A stretch of 64,000 nucleotides of DNA, taken from positions 4,928,001-4,992,000 of the forward strand of contig OZ242374.1 in assembly GCA_965209055.1 (NCBI GenBank). The letters are read 5' to 3'. Made by a program: the position numbers and the translations under genes. The notes under the pieces were generated by a model. It saw only the letters and a program-made list of their open reading frames with translations, did no database searches and was not told where the DNA came from. Source of the DNA: Acidobacteriota bacterium. Lineage in GTDB: Bacteria > Acidobacteriota > UBA6911 > RPQK01 > JAJDTT01. Positions within the stretch are counted from its first letter, which is position 1. Each line of letters opens with the position of its first letter. Shown in pieces: positions 20,641 to 30,032 of this stretch.

Positions 20641-20800
20641 TTAGATCATAAGGGTTCCAAACAGAAGAACCGAAGTGACAGAAATTCAACTTTCGCCATT
20701 AAATTTGTGGATTTGATCTGCCGATTGATGGATAATAGTCACTGTAATACTGTCGGGTTTTTGGTTAGTTGGTTCAAACAATAGAGGAAAGGATCGGAAA

Positions 20801-21325
20801 ATGGCTAAGAGGAGACGTCGAAAGAGAGCAGAATTGCAAAGGATTCAGAGAGGTCTGGCCCGTGCCGTCGAGAAAGCAGGCGCCGCCAGTGTGAGTCAAC
20901 TCATCGCCAAGAACGGATCCAAGCTGGGTCTCAAGTCGACTCCCAACGACAAGAATCTGGTCAAGCGGCTGTTGAATGCCGTCGACGGAGTCGAGATGGA
21001 AAAACGGGGCCGCGAACTCTTCTTCGTGTCCCAGGTGGAGGCGCCACCGGCCGTCGCCGCCGATGCCCCGGCAGCCCCCGAACCGGCTCCCGAGCCCGAG
21101 GCGGAAGCCGCTCCGGAGGCTCCGGCAGCTCCCGAACCCGAGCCTGAGCCGGAACCGGAGCCCGAACCGGAACCCGAAGCGGCGGCTCCCGAGGCGGAGA
21201 CGCCTGCTCTGGCTCCCGAACTCCAGGCCCTGCGTGCCTATGCCCGACAGTTGGAAGAATTCTCCGGTGCGCTGAACAACCAGGTCAGTACGCTGGTGAG
21301 GATGATCGAAAAGTTGGGTTCCTGA
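20801..21325 (+). CDS. Hypothetical protein: basic N-terminus, Pro/Glu/Ala-rich linker, C-terminal coiled coil
   Basis: Clean ORF with GAGGAAAGGA RBS after an AT-rich intergenic region; PEPEPE repeats. Confidence 0.75.
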   Translation: MAKRRRRKRAELQRIQRGLARAVEKAGAASVSQLIAKNGSKLGLKSTPNDKNLVKRLLNAVDGVEMEKRGRELFFVSQVEAPPAVAADAPAAPEPAPEPEAEAAPEAPAAPEPEPEPEPEPEPEPEAAAPEAETPALAPELQALRAYARQLEEFSGALNNQVSTLVRMIEKLGS

Positions 21326-21499
21326 CCCCTCGCCACCGGACGCATGAAGAATCAGGACTGAACTGCGTGCCGGTCCGTATCAATCGGCATCCGGGCGACC
21401 GTTGCGGTTGCCCGGGCGCCCCACCCCGTCGATCGTTTCTCTGTTCTTCGTCCCGAGTTCGCGCCGAGGACGACATTCCTGCGCCCTCGCCGCAGACGG

Positions 21500-23395
21500 T
21501 CAACGATCCCAGGGATGGTGCAATGTCGGGGCGTTGGCGTACCGGTCCATCCCGAAGGCCATCCGCGCCCCGCAGCCGGGCTCCAGCCGGACCGTGACGC
21601 AGGAGCCGTTCAACTCCATCCTCGATTCGCCCCTTGCCACCCCCGTGAACCGGTGCTCCCCGTATCCGCCCGCCTGCACCACGACGGTGCGCGGGGCGAC
21701 GGGATTCAAATTGACCAGGGTGACGGTCACCGAATCGGCGCTCATTTTCTGGATCAACGCGCCCACGTCCGGTGGGACCCCCGAACGGCGCCGGCCCGGA
21801 TCGAAGTATCTCAGTCGGAAGTTCACGCTCCAGATGACACTGGGAAGATAGGCCCCGGTCATCAGGCTGGCCAGATTCCGGCTGGAGGACGGGTTCAGAT
21901 GCATGAACCAGTCGGGCAGCCGGGTGTCGGGCGTCGTGGGGTCGTCCCGGATCGCCTGCACCCGGTTCCGGACCCGCTCCAGGTCCTTCCTCAAGATCCG
22001 GGCCGGGTAGTCCGGCTCAACCCCTTCCAGGAATCCGATCCACCCGGTCTTGGGAATGGGTTCCAGGTCGGCCCGGTCCATGCCCCACAGGTAGAGTTCG
22101 GTCCAGCGATCCAGGTTCAATTCTTTGGTCCACGCGTACCATTCCGGTTGCCCCGTGTAGGTGTGCCCCCGCGGGTCGCCGTACATCTTGGGGATGACCG
22201 TCCTGCCGTCGACCACCTTCTTCCGGCTGTGGAAGTGCATGAGATGTTGTCTCATAACCGCCAGATAGCCCGGGTCGCCGGTGAGGAGGAAAGCGTTTCC
22301 AAATCCGTCCCAGGTCCCGATGAAGATGGTTCCCCGGTGCTTCACGTACCCCACTTCGGCGTCGAAGTTGGTGAAATTCCAACCATAGAGCCCCTTCCAC
22401 CACTGCCCCGACGCGCCGCCCGGCTTTCCGTCCAGGCCCACCTTGGTGGGGATGAAGCCGTTGTTCGCGCGCGTCCGCTCCTTCCAGGCATCCACGTATT
22501 CCAGGAGCCAGCGCCGGTATTTCTCCCGGCCCGTCAGCATGAAGGCGTTCAACGCCAGGTTGGTGGCGGAGAGGTTCAGGTGGCTGTCCCCCACGCTGTC
22601 CTTGTAGTCCTGGCAGTGGGCCAGCATCTTGGGATAGTGGGCCGCGAAGTCCAACATCCGCGCCAGTCCGGCCGAGCTGTGCAGGAAATGGAATCGGCCG
22701 CGAACGGGGTCCCCCACCCAATCGTAGACCGTGGGCTCCCTCAGCATGGGTCCCCTGCTGCCGGTCCAGGTGCTCCGGATCAGCTTGCGCACCGGGTCGT
22801 AGTTGGGGGCGGACGGGTCCTCGTTCATGTAGAGGCCGGCGAAGCGGGCCATCCGCTTTCGGTAGAGGGAGTTGTTGGGCTCCGAAAGCCCCAGGGACAT
22901 GAAGGGCTGCATCCCTTCCCGGGTGTGCGCCCAGTCGGACATGGTGATGAATTCCTGAAAATAGGCCCCGTCCCGGGCCAGATCGGTCTTCACCGTTCTC
23001 AGTTCGCCGTATTGGAGCCAGTGACCCTCTTGCGCTCTCTTGTAGTCCTCCAACACCGAATCGCCGGCTCCGAGGGAGTGCAGAAGAGGCCAGTCGCTGA
23101 AGGTCTCGATGGCGTCGTCAGGCCCGTCGATCACTCCCCAGCGAGGCACGTGCAGGAGGTATCCGCGGTCGTCCAGAGCGTGTTGGGCCAGGACCCGGCA
23201 GGCCAGGCTGTTGGCGTCCAGGAGCCGGCGCTGCAGGAGGGCCCACTCGGGCGGCTCCATTGGCGTGTCCACGACCAGGACCAGCTCCCGCGCCTGGATC
23301 ACGGAGCAATCCAACCCCAGCAGAAGAAGGCAGATTCCGGCCGGCGCGGCCCTCCGCGCGGCTCGAATCGCTTCAGACACGGTCGACCAGATCAT
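21500..23395 (-). CDS. Conserved hypothetical secreted protein (possible alpha/alpha-toroid enzyme)
   Basis: Long ORF with host-like codon usage, signal-like N-terminus and GAAAGGA RBS. Function not recognised. Confidence 0.6.
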   Translation of the reverse strand: MIWSTVSEAIRAARRAAPAGICLLLLGLDCSVIQARELVLVVDTPMEPPEWALLQRRLLDANSLACRVLAQHALDDRGYLLHVPRWGVIDGPDDAIETFSDWPLLHSLGAGDSVLEDYKRAQEGHWLQYGELRTVKTDLARDGAYFQEFITMSDWAHTREGMQPFMSLGLSEPNNSLYRKRMARFAGLYMNEDPSAPNYDPVRKLIRSTWTGSRGPMLREPTVYDWVGDPVRGRFHFLHSSAGLARMLDFAAHYPKMLAHCQDYKDSVGDSHLNLSATNLALNAFMLTGREKYRRWLLEYVDAWKERTRANNGFIPTKVGLDGKPGGASGQWWKGLYGWNFTNFDAEVGYVKHRGTIFIGTWDGFGNAFLLTGDPGYLAVMRQHLMHFHSRKKVVDGRTVIPKMYGDPRGHTYTGQPEWYAWTKELNLDRWTELYLWGMDRADLEPIPKTGWIGFLEGVEPDYPARILRKDLERVRNRVQAIRDDPTTPDTRLPDWFMHLNPSSSRNLASLMTGAYLPSVIWSVNFRLRYFDPGRRRSGVPPDVGALIQKMSADSVTVTLVNLNPVAPRTVVVQAGGYGEHRFTGVARGESRMELNGSCVTVRLEPGCGARMAFGMDRYANAPTLHHPWDR

Positions 23396-23489
23396 TCCTC
23401 GTTCCTTTCCTGAAACCGGGTCATCCATCCCGACGCGGCAGCGGCCGCAAACCTGATGAGCCATATCAACCCTGATACACTCTCCCGCC

Positions 23490-24605
23490 ATGAAACGAAG
23501 AGCATTCCTCCGCAGGGCCGCCGCCGGAACAATTCTCTCACCCTGGATCGTGGGCCGCGGGGCCCGGTCCGCCACCGTCGAACCCCTCCGGGTGGGGGTG
23601 CTCACTCAGGAAAACGGGCCCCATCTGAGCGCCTACCTCCGATCCCTGGCGCAAATCGACGGCATTGAATCCATCGGCCTTTCCGATGAAAGCGGGACGA
23701 CGTTCGCAAGTGCGCGAGATGCCCTGGGCGCGAAGGTGACCACCTTTCGGGACCACGACCGGATGCTGCGGGAGTTCCGGCCCCGCGCGGCCGTCATCAG
23801 CCTGGCCGCCCACAAGGCTCCACCCGTGATCCGCAAGACCCTGGAGGCCGGCTGCCACATCCTGGCCGAAAAACCCTCCTGCACCCGGGCCGAAGACTTC
23901 GAGCCCCTGGTCCGGCTCGCCGAGACCAGGAAGCTGACGCTCACGCTGGCCTTCTACCTGCGGGCGAATCCGGGAGCCGTCAAGGCCCGGGAACTGGTGC
24001 GTTCCGGTTTCATCGGCAAACCCTACGCGGCGCATCTGCTGGTGGTGGCGGATCAGACCCGTCTCACCCGCCCGGCGTTCCACCGTTCCTGGCTCGCCTC
24101 GCGAGACACGGCCGGCGGAGGAAACCTGATCTGGCTGGGAATCCACTACGTGGACCTGCTCCAGCATCTGACGCAGGACCGCATCGAACGGGTCTCCGCC
24201 ATGACCCGCAACGTGGGGGGCCAGCCCATCGACGTCGAGGACGCGGTGGGGGTCACCTTCCAGTCCCGGAAGGGGATGGTGGGAACGTACCACGGCGGTT
24301 ACTATCTCGATCGGGGTTACCACCTTGGACTGACCCTCTGGGGCTCCAAGGGATGGCTCCGCTTCGACGAGGACAACTCGCCTCTGGAGTGGTACTCGAC
24401 TCATCCCGATGCTCCCAAAGGGGTCCAGTCGTTTCCCTTTGCCTACGAGGTCGGGCCCTACCACGGTATCGTGGAGGCGGTTCTGGACGCGGCCCGGGGC
24501 ACGGGCCCGCCGCCGGCCACCGGCGAGGAGTGCCTTCACGTCCTGAAATCCATCTTCAGCGCCTACGAGGCGGCCCGGACCGGACGGGCTCAAGACGTCC
24601 TCTGA
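23490..24605 (+). CDS. Tat-exported Gfo/Idh/MocA family oxidoreductase
   Basis: MKRRAFL Tat signal; LAEKP, GGGNLIWLGIHYVD and DVED motifs. Confidence 0.9.
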   Translation: MKRRAFLRRAAAGTILSPWIVGRGARSATVEPLRVGVLTQENGPHLSAYLRSLAQIDGIESIGLSDESGTTFASARDALGAKVTTFRDHDRMLREFRPRAAVISLAAHKAPPVIRKTLEAGCHILAEKPSCTRAEDFEPLVRLAETRKLTLTLAFYLRANPGAVKARELVRSGFIGKPYAAHLLVVADQTRLTRPAFHRSWLASRDTAGGGNLIWLGIHYVDLLQHLTQDRIERVSAMTRNVGGQPIDVEDAVGVTFQSRKGMVGTYHGGYYLDRGYHLGLTLWGSKGWLRFDEDNSPLEWYSTHPDAPKGVQSFPFAYEVGPYHGIVEAVLDAARGTGPPPATGEECLHVLKSIFSAYEAARTGRAQDVL

Positions 24606-24614
24606 CGGGGCGGA

Positions 24615-25355
24615 TCACGACTCCTTCAGGAAGTCGTGCACGATCTCCGCGAAGCCTTCGGTGTAGTCGGTTTCCATGTAGTACGCGCCCAAGTACTCCC
24701 GGGGAGCGAAGTCGGTCAGATCGTAGATGGGTGAGGGATCGAACTGCACGACCCCGTCGCCGGCCCGGCAGACGTGGACGGTCACGTCCGAGGAGCACTT
24801 GGCCCCGTCGATGACCTGGAGAACGTCGAATCCCTTGCCGTCCACCCTGGGAATCGCCTTCAAGCGCCAGGACGGCGCCATTGCGGGCAGGCTCTCCGGG
24901 TCGGCCGCGCGGTGCATCGTGGAGCGGATCGCCAGGATCGAGGCGCCGGCCAGCCGAGTGTCCGTGTACATGACCCGCTCGTCCATTCCCACCCGAATGT
25001 CGGAATAGACCTTGGGCGTGCCGTAGATTTCCCGCCCCGCCGGGATGCTGGACTTGGAGTTGAGAAACGCGATGGGCGCAAAGTAGCCCGGCTGTCCCCG
25101 GTAGCTGCACTTGACGGTGAGCACACTCTCCAGAAACCCCCCGTAGTTGGCCGTCCAGGTCGCGTCGATGCCGATGGCGGCACAGTTGCCGTCCGGGTCG
25201 GGCTCGAAACACCAGGGGAGGACCCGGTCCAACGCCCCCGGGTCCGCCCGAAAGCAGACGATTTGGATGCGGACGTTCCGGTAACGGGCCGGAAGCGGAG
25301 GATAATAGGGAGAAAAGGCCGGCATGTTGGCGATCTGATCCCTTGGAATGGTCAT
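24615..25355 (-). CDS. Acetoacetate decarboxylase family protein
   Basis: GREIYGTPK Schiff-base lysine motif; MPAFSPYYP N-terminus. Confidence 0.85.
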   Translation of the reverse strand: MTIPRDQIANMPAFSPYYPPLPARYRNVRIQIVCFRADPGALDRVLPWCFEPDPDGNCAAIGIDATWTANYGGFLESVLTVKCSYRGQPGYFAPIAFLNSKSSIPAGREIYGTPKVYSDIRVGMDERVMYTDTRLAGASILAIRSTMHRAADPESLPAMAPSWRLKAIPRVDGKGFDVLQVIDGAKCSSDVTVHVCRAGDGVVQFDPSPIYDLTDFAPREYLGAYYMETDYTEGFAEIVHDFLKES

Positions 25356-25371
25356 GGCTGATCTTCCTTTT

Positions 25372-26379
25372 TCAGTCCGTGGCGCGATTTCCGAAACACC
25401 CGGGGTTGGCGACATGTTCGGGACGCCGTCCCTGGAGTACGTCCAGGATGCCTTGGGCGGCCATCAGGGAGGCGCGTTCCAAAGCGCTGTCCGTCAAGCC
25501 GGAGATGTGAGGGGTCAACAACGTATTGGGCGTTCGGCAGAGGGGATGGTCCGCCGGCAGAGGTTCCTCCTCGAAGACGTCCAGGGCCGCCCCGGCCAGG
25601 CGGCCCTCCCGCAGCGCCCGGGCCAGGGCCGCCTCGTCGATGACGGGTCCTCTGGAGGTGTTCACCAGCCGGCAGCCGGGCTTCATCAGCTTCAGGCGTT
25701 CCTGGTTGATGAGATGGCGCGTCGCACCACTCAGCGGAACGTGAAGGCTGATGAAGTCGGCCCAGGCCAGAAGAGCCTCCAGCGACTCCTCGAAAACGGC
25801 CGCGCCCATCGCCGAACCGGGTGGCAGGAACGGGTCGTAGGCGCGAACCTGCATGCCGAATCCACCGGAGGCGATCCCGGCCACGCGGCTGCCGATGCGG
25901 CCCAGGCCGATCAGGCCCAGGTTTTTCCCGGCAAGCTCCACCCCCTGGTATCGATTGCGGTCCTCCATGGTTCCGGAGCGGATGGCGTGGCTGGAGGGAT
26001 AGATCTGCCGGGAGAGAGCCAACATCAGCGCCATGGCGTGTTCGGCCACGGTCCGGCCGTTGGAACCGGGCGTGAACACGACGGGAAGGCCTCTGGAGGT
26101 GGCCGCCTCGCAGTCGATGTTGTCCGTACCGACCCCATGCTTGCCGATCACCTTGAGGCGGGGTGCGTTTCGAATATCTTCGGCGTCTACCTGAAAGAGG
26201 CGCACCAGGGCCGCGTCGGCTTCCCGGAAGGCGGCCCGATGAGGTGCTGACCCTTCGGCGTCCGGCTCCGGCGGCACGGTGATCCCTTCTTCCCAAGGGG
26301 TCCGGCAATGGCAGTGCCGGCGCAGCAACTCCACCCCGGGGGAAGCGATGGGTTCGGGGATGAAGACGGTGGGTTTCAT
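25372..26379 (-). CDS. D-2-hydroxyacid dehydrogenase (SerA-like, no ACT domain)
   Basis: GVGTDNID, VAEH, GLIGLGRIG, SLHVPL, NTSRG, LDVFEEEP and TPHI motifs. Confidence 0.9.
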   Translation of the reverse strand: MKPTVFIPEPIASPGVELLRRHCHCRTPWEEGITVPPEPDAEGSAPHRAAFREADAALVRLFQVDAEDIRNAPRLKVIGKHGVGTDNIDCEAATSRGLPVVFTPGSNGRTVAEHAMALMLALSRQIYPSSHAIRSGTMEDRNRYQGVELAGKNLGLIGLGRIGSRVAGIASGGFGMQVRAYDPFLPPGSAMGAAVFEESLEALLAWADFISLHVPLSGATRHLINQERLKLMKPGCRLVNTSRGPVIDEAALARALREGRLAGAALDVFEEEPLPADHPLCRTPNTLLTPHISGLTDSALERASLMAAQGILDVLQGRRPEHVANPGCFGNRATD

Positions 26380-27185
26380 TCTTTTCTGGGGGGAGTCGCC
26401 GAAACGCCCTGCAATCCCCCGTTCACCTGGAACACCTGCCCGGTGATCCAGGACGCTTCGGACCCGCACAGGAAGGCGACCATGGAAGCGACGTCCCGGG
26501 GCTCGCCCCAGCGGCCCAAGGGGATGGATCGGCGGACCCGCTCGACCATCTCGTCCCGGCTGATTCCCAGGGTCCGGCTACGCTGGGCCATGGTCCTGCG
26601 GTTGAAGTCGGTGTAGACCGGACCGGGGCTCACGGCATTGACCCGGACACCATAGGCGGCCAATTCCGTGGCGAGGGTCCGGGTCAGGCTGGCGACGCCC
26701 GCCTTGGCCGCGTTGTAGGCGGCGACCAGAGCCGCAGGGCTGTGGGCATTGATGGAGGCCAGGTTCACCATGCTTCCCGACTCCCGCCGCCGCATGATCC
26801 GGCCTGCGGCCCGGCAACAGAAAAAGGTTCCCGTCAGATTCACCTCCAGGATGCGCCGCCACTCTTCGTCATCCAACTCCACCGTCGGGGTCACCTTCTG
26901 GCCCAGACCGGCGCTGTTGACCAGGATGTCCAATCTCCCCCGGCTCCGGAACGTCTCCTCGAAGACGGCGCTCACCGCCGGGGAGTCGGTCACGTCCAGA
27001 GGGGACGACTCGGCCTGGAATCCGTCCCGCACCAGAACGTCGGCGACTCCGCGGACCTTCTCTTCCTGGAGGTCGCAGAGCAAAACGGAGGCCCCATCCT
27101 GCGCCAGCCGACCGGCGATGGCCAACCCCAGACCTTGGGCGGCTCCCGTCACTACCGCGACCTTGTTTTCAAGGGACATGCTCAT
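26376..27185 (-). CDS. SDR family NAD(P)-dependent oxidoreductase
   Basis: TGAAQGLG, NSAG, YNAAK catalytic motif and VNAVSPG. Confidence 0.92.
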   Translation of the reverse strand: MSMSLENKVAVVTGAAQGLGLAIAGRLAQDGASVLLCDLQEEKVRGVADVLVRDGFQAESSPLDVTDSPAVSAVFEETFRSRGRLDILVNSAGLGQKVTPTVELDDEEWRRILEVNLTGTFFCCRAAGRIMRRRESGSMVNLASINAHSPAALVAAYNAAKAGVASLTRTLATELAAYGVRVNAVSPGPVYTDFNRRTMAQRSRTLGISRDEMVERVRRSIPLGRWGEPRDVASMVAFLCGSEASWITGQVFQVNGGLQGVSATPPRKE

Positions 27186-27422
27186 CTCCGCGTCAGGATA
27201 GTAACAGTCCGGGTCCGACCCCGTCACGGCATCCGAACCCTCCCTGATCTCACTCGACAGCGGCGTTTAGCCGCCCCAATCGGGGCGTCCGCGACCGGAG
27301 TCGTTCGGGGCTCTCCTTCCTCTCTCTGTACGTCTTTCCTCTTTTCTCTTTCCTTCCGCTTGCATAAACTGGCGCTTCATGGTTTCCGGCGGACTCGCCG
27401 CCGAACGAAAAGGAGATGAGTC

Positions 27423-27809
27423 ATGATCACATCATTGGAACATGTGGCTATCGTGGCCGATGACCCTCGAGCGCTGGCCGACTGGTACTGCACGAACCTG
27501 GGGTGCGAGATCGCCGTAGCCGACGAGGCGTACTCCACCTATTTCGTGGCCGTTCCCGGAACCGGAGTCCTGGAGATTCTTCCCTCCAGCGACCGTCCCC
27601 GCTTCGAAGCCGAAGGAGACGACGCCGGCATTCGCCACCTGGCCTTCACTGTCGTCGACTTCGAGGATGCCTGCCGGCACATCAAGGAGCGGGGCATCGA
27701 GCTCCTGCAACCCATCTCCGTGAGCGCCACGGGAACGAAGCTGGCCTTTTTCCCCGATCTCGAAGGCAACATCCTTCAATTCGTCTATCGCCCGAAACCG
27801 TTGAGGTAA
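27423..27809 (+). CDS. VOC/glyoxalase family protein
   Basis: EHVAI, RHLAF and FFPDLEGNILQF motifs; AAGGAG RBS. Confidence 0.88.
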   Translation: MITSLEHVAIVADDPRALADWYCTNLGCEIAVADEAYSTYFVAVPGTGVLEILPSSDRPRFEAEGDDAGIRHLAFTVVDFEDACRHIKERGIELLQPISVSATGTKLAFFPDLEGNILQFVYRPKPLR

Positions 27810-27844
27810 GGCAAAAACAGCCGCTTGCCCGCAGTGCCTGCGGG

Positions 27845-28753
27845 CTAACCCAGGATCTCCCGGAGAGCAGGTTCCAGATCGGGGAAGCGAAAGCGGTAGC
27901 CACTCTCCTGAATCCGGCCGGGCAGCACCTTCTTGCTGGAGAGCAGCTCGGTGGCAAACCCGCCCAGAACCAGTTTCAGAGCGAACCCGGGAGTCGGCAG
28001 GAACGCGGGACGGGAGAGAACCCTTCCCAGCGCTTTGGCGAAGTCCTTTTGCCGAACGGGGTTCGAGGACGTCGCGTTGAAGGGACCCGAGAGGTTTTTG
28101 TCGGCCAGCACATGCTGAACCATGCCGATCAGATCCTCCCGGTGAATCCAGGACCACCACTGGCGGCCCGAACCCAGGGGGCCTCCCAGTCCCAGCCGCG
28201 CCGGCAGCAGCATGGCGTCCAGGGCGCCTCCGCCCGCCGCCAGGACAACGCCGATTCGGAGATGGACCACGCGGACGCCCGCCACCGACGCGCGAGCACC
28301 CTCTCTCTCCCATTGGCCACAGATTTCGCCCAGGAAGTCACTCGCTGCCGGCATCGACTCCGTCAACTCCGTCTCTCCCTGGTCGCCGTAGTAGCCGATG
28401 GCGCTGGCCGAAACCAGCGTTCGCGGCCGTCCCTCCACCTGCCGCATGGCGTCGACCAGATTCCCGGTGGACCAGACCCGGCTCTCGCGGATGGCCTGCC
28501 GTTTGCGGGCGGTCCAGCGGCCGACGACGCTCTCGCCCGCCAAGTGGATGACGGCGTCCACCTGCTCCAGGCTCTCCAACGGTGGACCCTCCTCCACCGG
28601 CCGCCATGCGAAAACCCGGGAAAGACTGGGGACGGCTTTCCGGGCCGCGTCCGGACGGCGTGACAGCGCCGTCACCCGGCAACCCGACTCGGACAACACT
28701 TCGCAGAGCCTGCGCCCGACGAATCCGGTGGCTCCGGTAACGAGAACTCTCAT
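27845..28753 (-). CDS. TIGR01777-type NAD-dependent epimerase (YfcH-like)
   Basis: VTGATGFVG, HLAGE, SASAIGYYG, GSGRQWWSWIH and GYRFRFP motifs. Confidence 0.92.
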   Translation of the reverse strand: MRVLVTGATGFVGRRLCEVLSESGCRVTALSRRPDAARKAVPSLSRVFAWRPVEEGPPLESLEQVDAVIHLAGESVVGRWTARKRQAIRESRVWSTGNLVDAMRQVEGRPRTLVSASAIGYYGDQGETELTESMPAASDFLGEICGQWEREGARASVAGVRVVHLRIGVVLAAGGGALDAMLLPARLGLGGPLGSGRQWWSWIHREDLIGMVQHVLADKNLSGPFNATSSNPVRQKDFAKALGRVLSRPAFLPTPGFALKLVLGGFATELLSSKKVLPGRIQESGYRFRFPDLEPALREILG

Positions 28754-28907
28754 TTGACCTTCTCCTCTCCCGGGGACTCCCCACGGGGCCGGTCGTGAAC
28801 AATCCGAAAGGGGCCTCCACCGGACCCCGGGATCACTCCCTCCGGCTCAGTCTACACCTTGGAATGGACGCGGGTTCCAACTATTGGGAATCCCGGCAGG
28901 GCGGGCA

Positions 28908-28966
28908 TAACAGCCCGTGGCAAAAGTCGTCACGGCATTCGACCGTCCCTGCATCCCGGCGGACTG
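28908..28966. repeat. Left half of a split palindromic MITE-like element, ending in the attL-like core CCCGGCGGACTG (28955-28966)
   Basis: TAACAGCCCGTGGCAAAAGTC (28908-28928) is a 19/21 inverted match to 40832-40852. GACCGTCCCTGC pairs with GCAGGAACGGTC near 40807-40818. Confidence 0.8.
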
Positions 28967-29486
28967 ATTCCAGAAATTCCATAAACTACTTAACTTAAAA
29001 GAGTTACGAATACTTCTCCGACTCTCTTCCCCCCATTATTTCCACCTGATCGAATCGGATGCCATTGGCCCTTCGTGGCCGTAAACGGACGTAACCGTTC
29101 GGTCAGGCCGTGGGGATCGACTTCCTGAGCCGAGCCTGCGGCCTCGCGCTCAATGGGGGCAAGCACCTGACGAAGCGCCACTCTTCCACCTCCAATGGGA
29201 TGGAGGCACAGAGCGGATAATGTGCCCCATGGTGTCAAAACGATGCGGTCGAATCGCGTGCCGTGCAAGGATTTTGCAGCCGACGATCACCTGCCGTTTT
29301 CCTTTCCCAGGGAGGTCCTACAGCCGCGAAGAGTGCGTCAAGCCCGACAGCACCTCAAACTCCTCCAACACGGTCCGCCTCGCTTTTTACTGTCTGTCCG
29401 ACGGACAGCCATGTTTCCACAGGGTGTGCTCGACCGGCACACGCAGATGCGCCCGCACATTCTCCGCCAAGAGCAGCCGGAGATCG

Positions 29487-29612
29487 ATCTGCTTCCTCAG
29501 TCTTGAGTTTGAGAATGTGGGTTGCTTTGCGCAGAAACAAGTACGGGACCTTCTCGACCCGAACAACCTCCCAGCCCGGTGGACCTTGCTAGTAGGCGAC
29601 AATGGAGTTGAG
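29487..29612 (+). pseudogene. N-terminal remnant of an AAA/ABC-type ATPase
   Basis: ICFLSLEFENVGCFAQKQVRDLLDPNNLPARWTLLVGDNGV breaks exactly where the Walker A GKT should follow. Confidence 0.55.
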
Positions 29613-29898
29613 AGCCATTGGCCGCCGCTTCAAGCGGCACTCTGGGAGCCGTTTTTGAGGGCGTCCGCAGGGTTGGCTTGGAGCACTGTAAGGTGCCCAA
29701 GCAGCATACCGCAAGTAATACGTTGGGGCTGTCGAGGGGCTCCGCCCCCTCGACCCGGCGGACGCGTCGAGCGGATGCGTCGGTTGCTGGCGAGGTACCG
29801 GACCGTTGTGGTGGTGATGGCGGCGGCGGGGTACTAACGGCTGAAGTTTTTGAGACAGGCCATGTCGATAGCTGGCCCAGCTCGACCGGGAAGGGAGA

Positions 29899-29980
29899 AT
29901 GATGGATCAAGCCATCCACAACGAGATCGTCGCCATCATCCGCAGCATCGATGCCAACCTCGGCTCGCGTTCATATATAA
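29899..29980 (+). pseudogene. Short remnant resembling an HsdM N-terminus
   Basis: After a GGGAG RBS the sequence reads MMDQAIHNEIVAIIRSI, similar to the MDxxxHNKIVSFIWSIA starts of type I methyltransferases, then terminates. Confidence 0.4.
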
Positions 29981-30032
29981 TACCGGACAGTCGGACGCTT
30001 TCAGCAGACGCCAAAAAAAGTGAGTCCCCGCG

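Noticed and set aside
27310-27360. Polypyrimidine tract upstream of the VOC gene
   Set aside because: Low-complexity sequence in a divergent intergenic region with no repeat unit or structure to support a function.
28866-28882. GGACGCGGGTTCCAAC resembling the tmRNA/tRNA T-arm as an integrase target
   Set aside because: No complementary T-stem, acceptor stem or CCA follows and there is no copy at the other island end. The real boundary repeat is at 28955.
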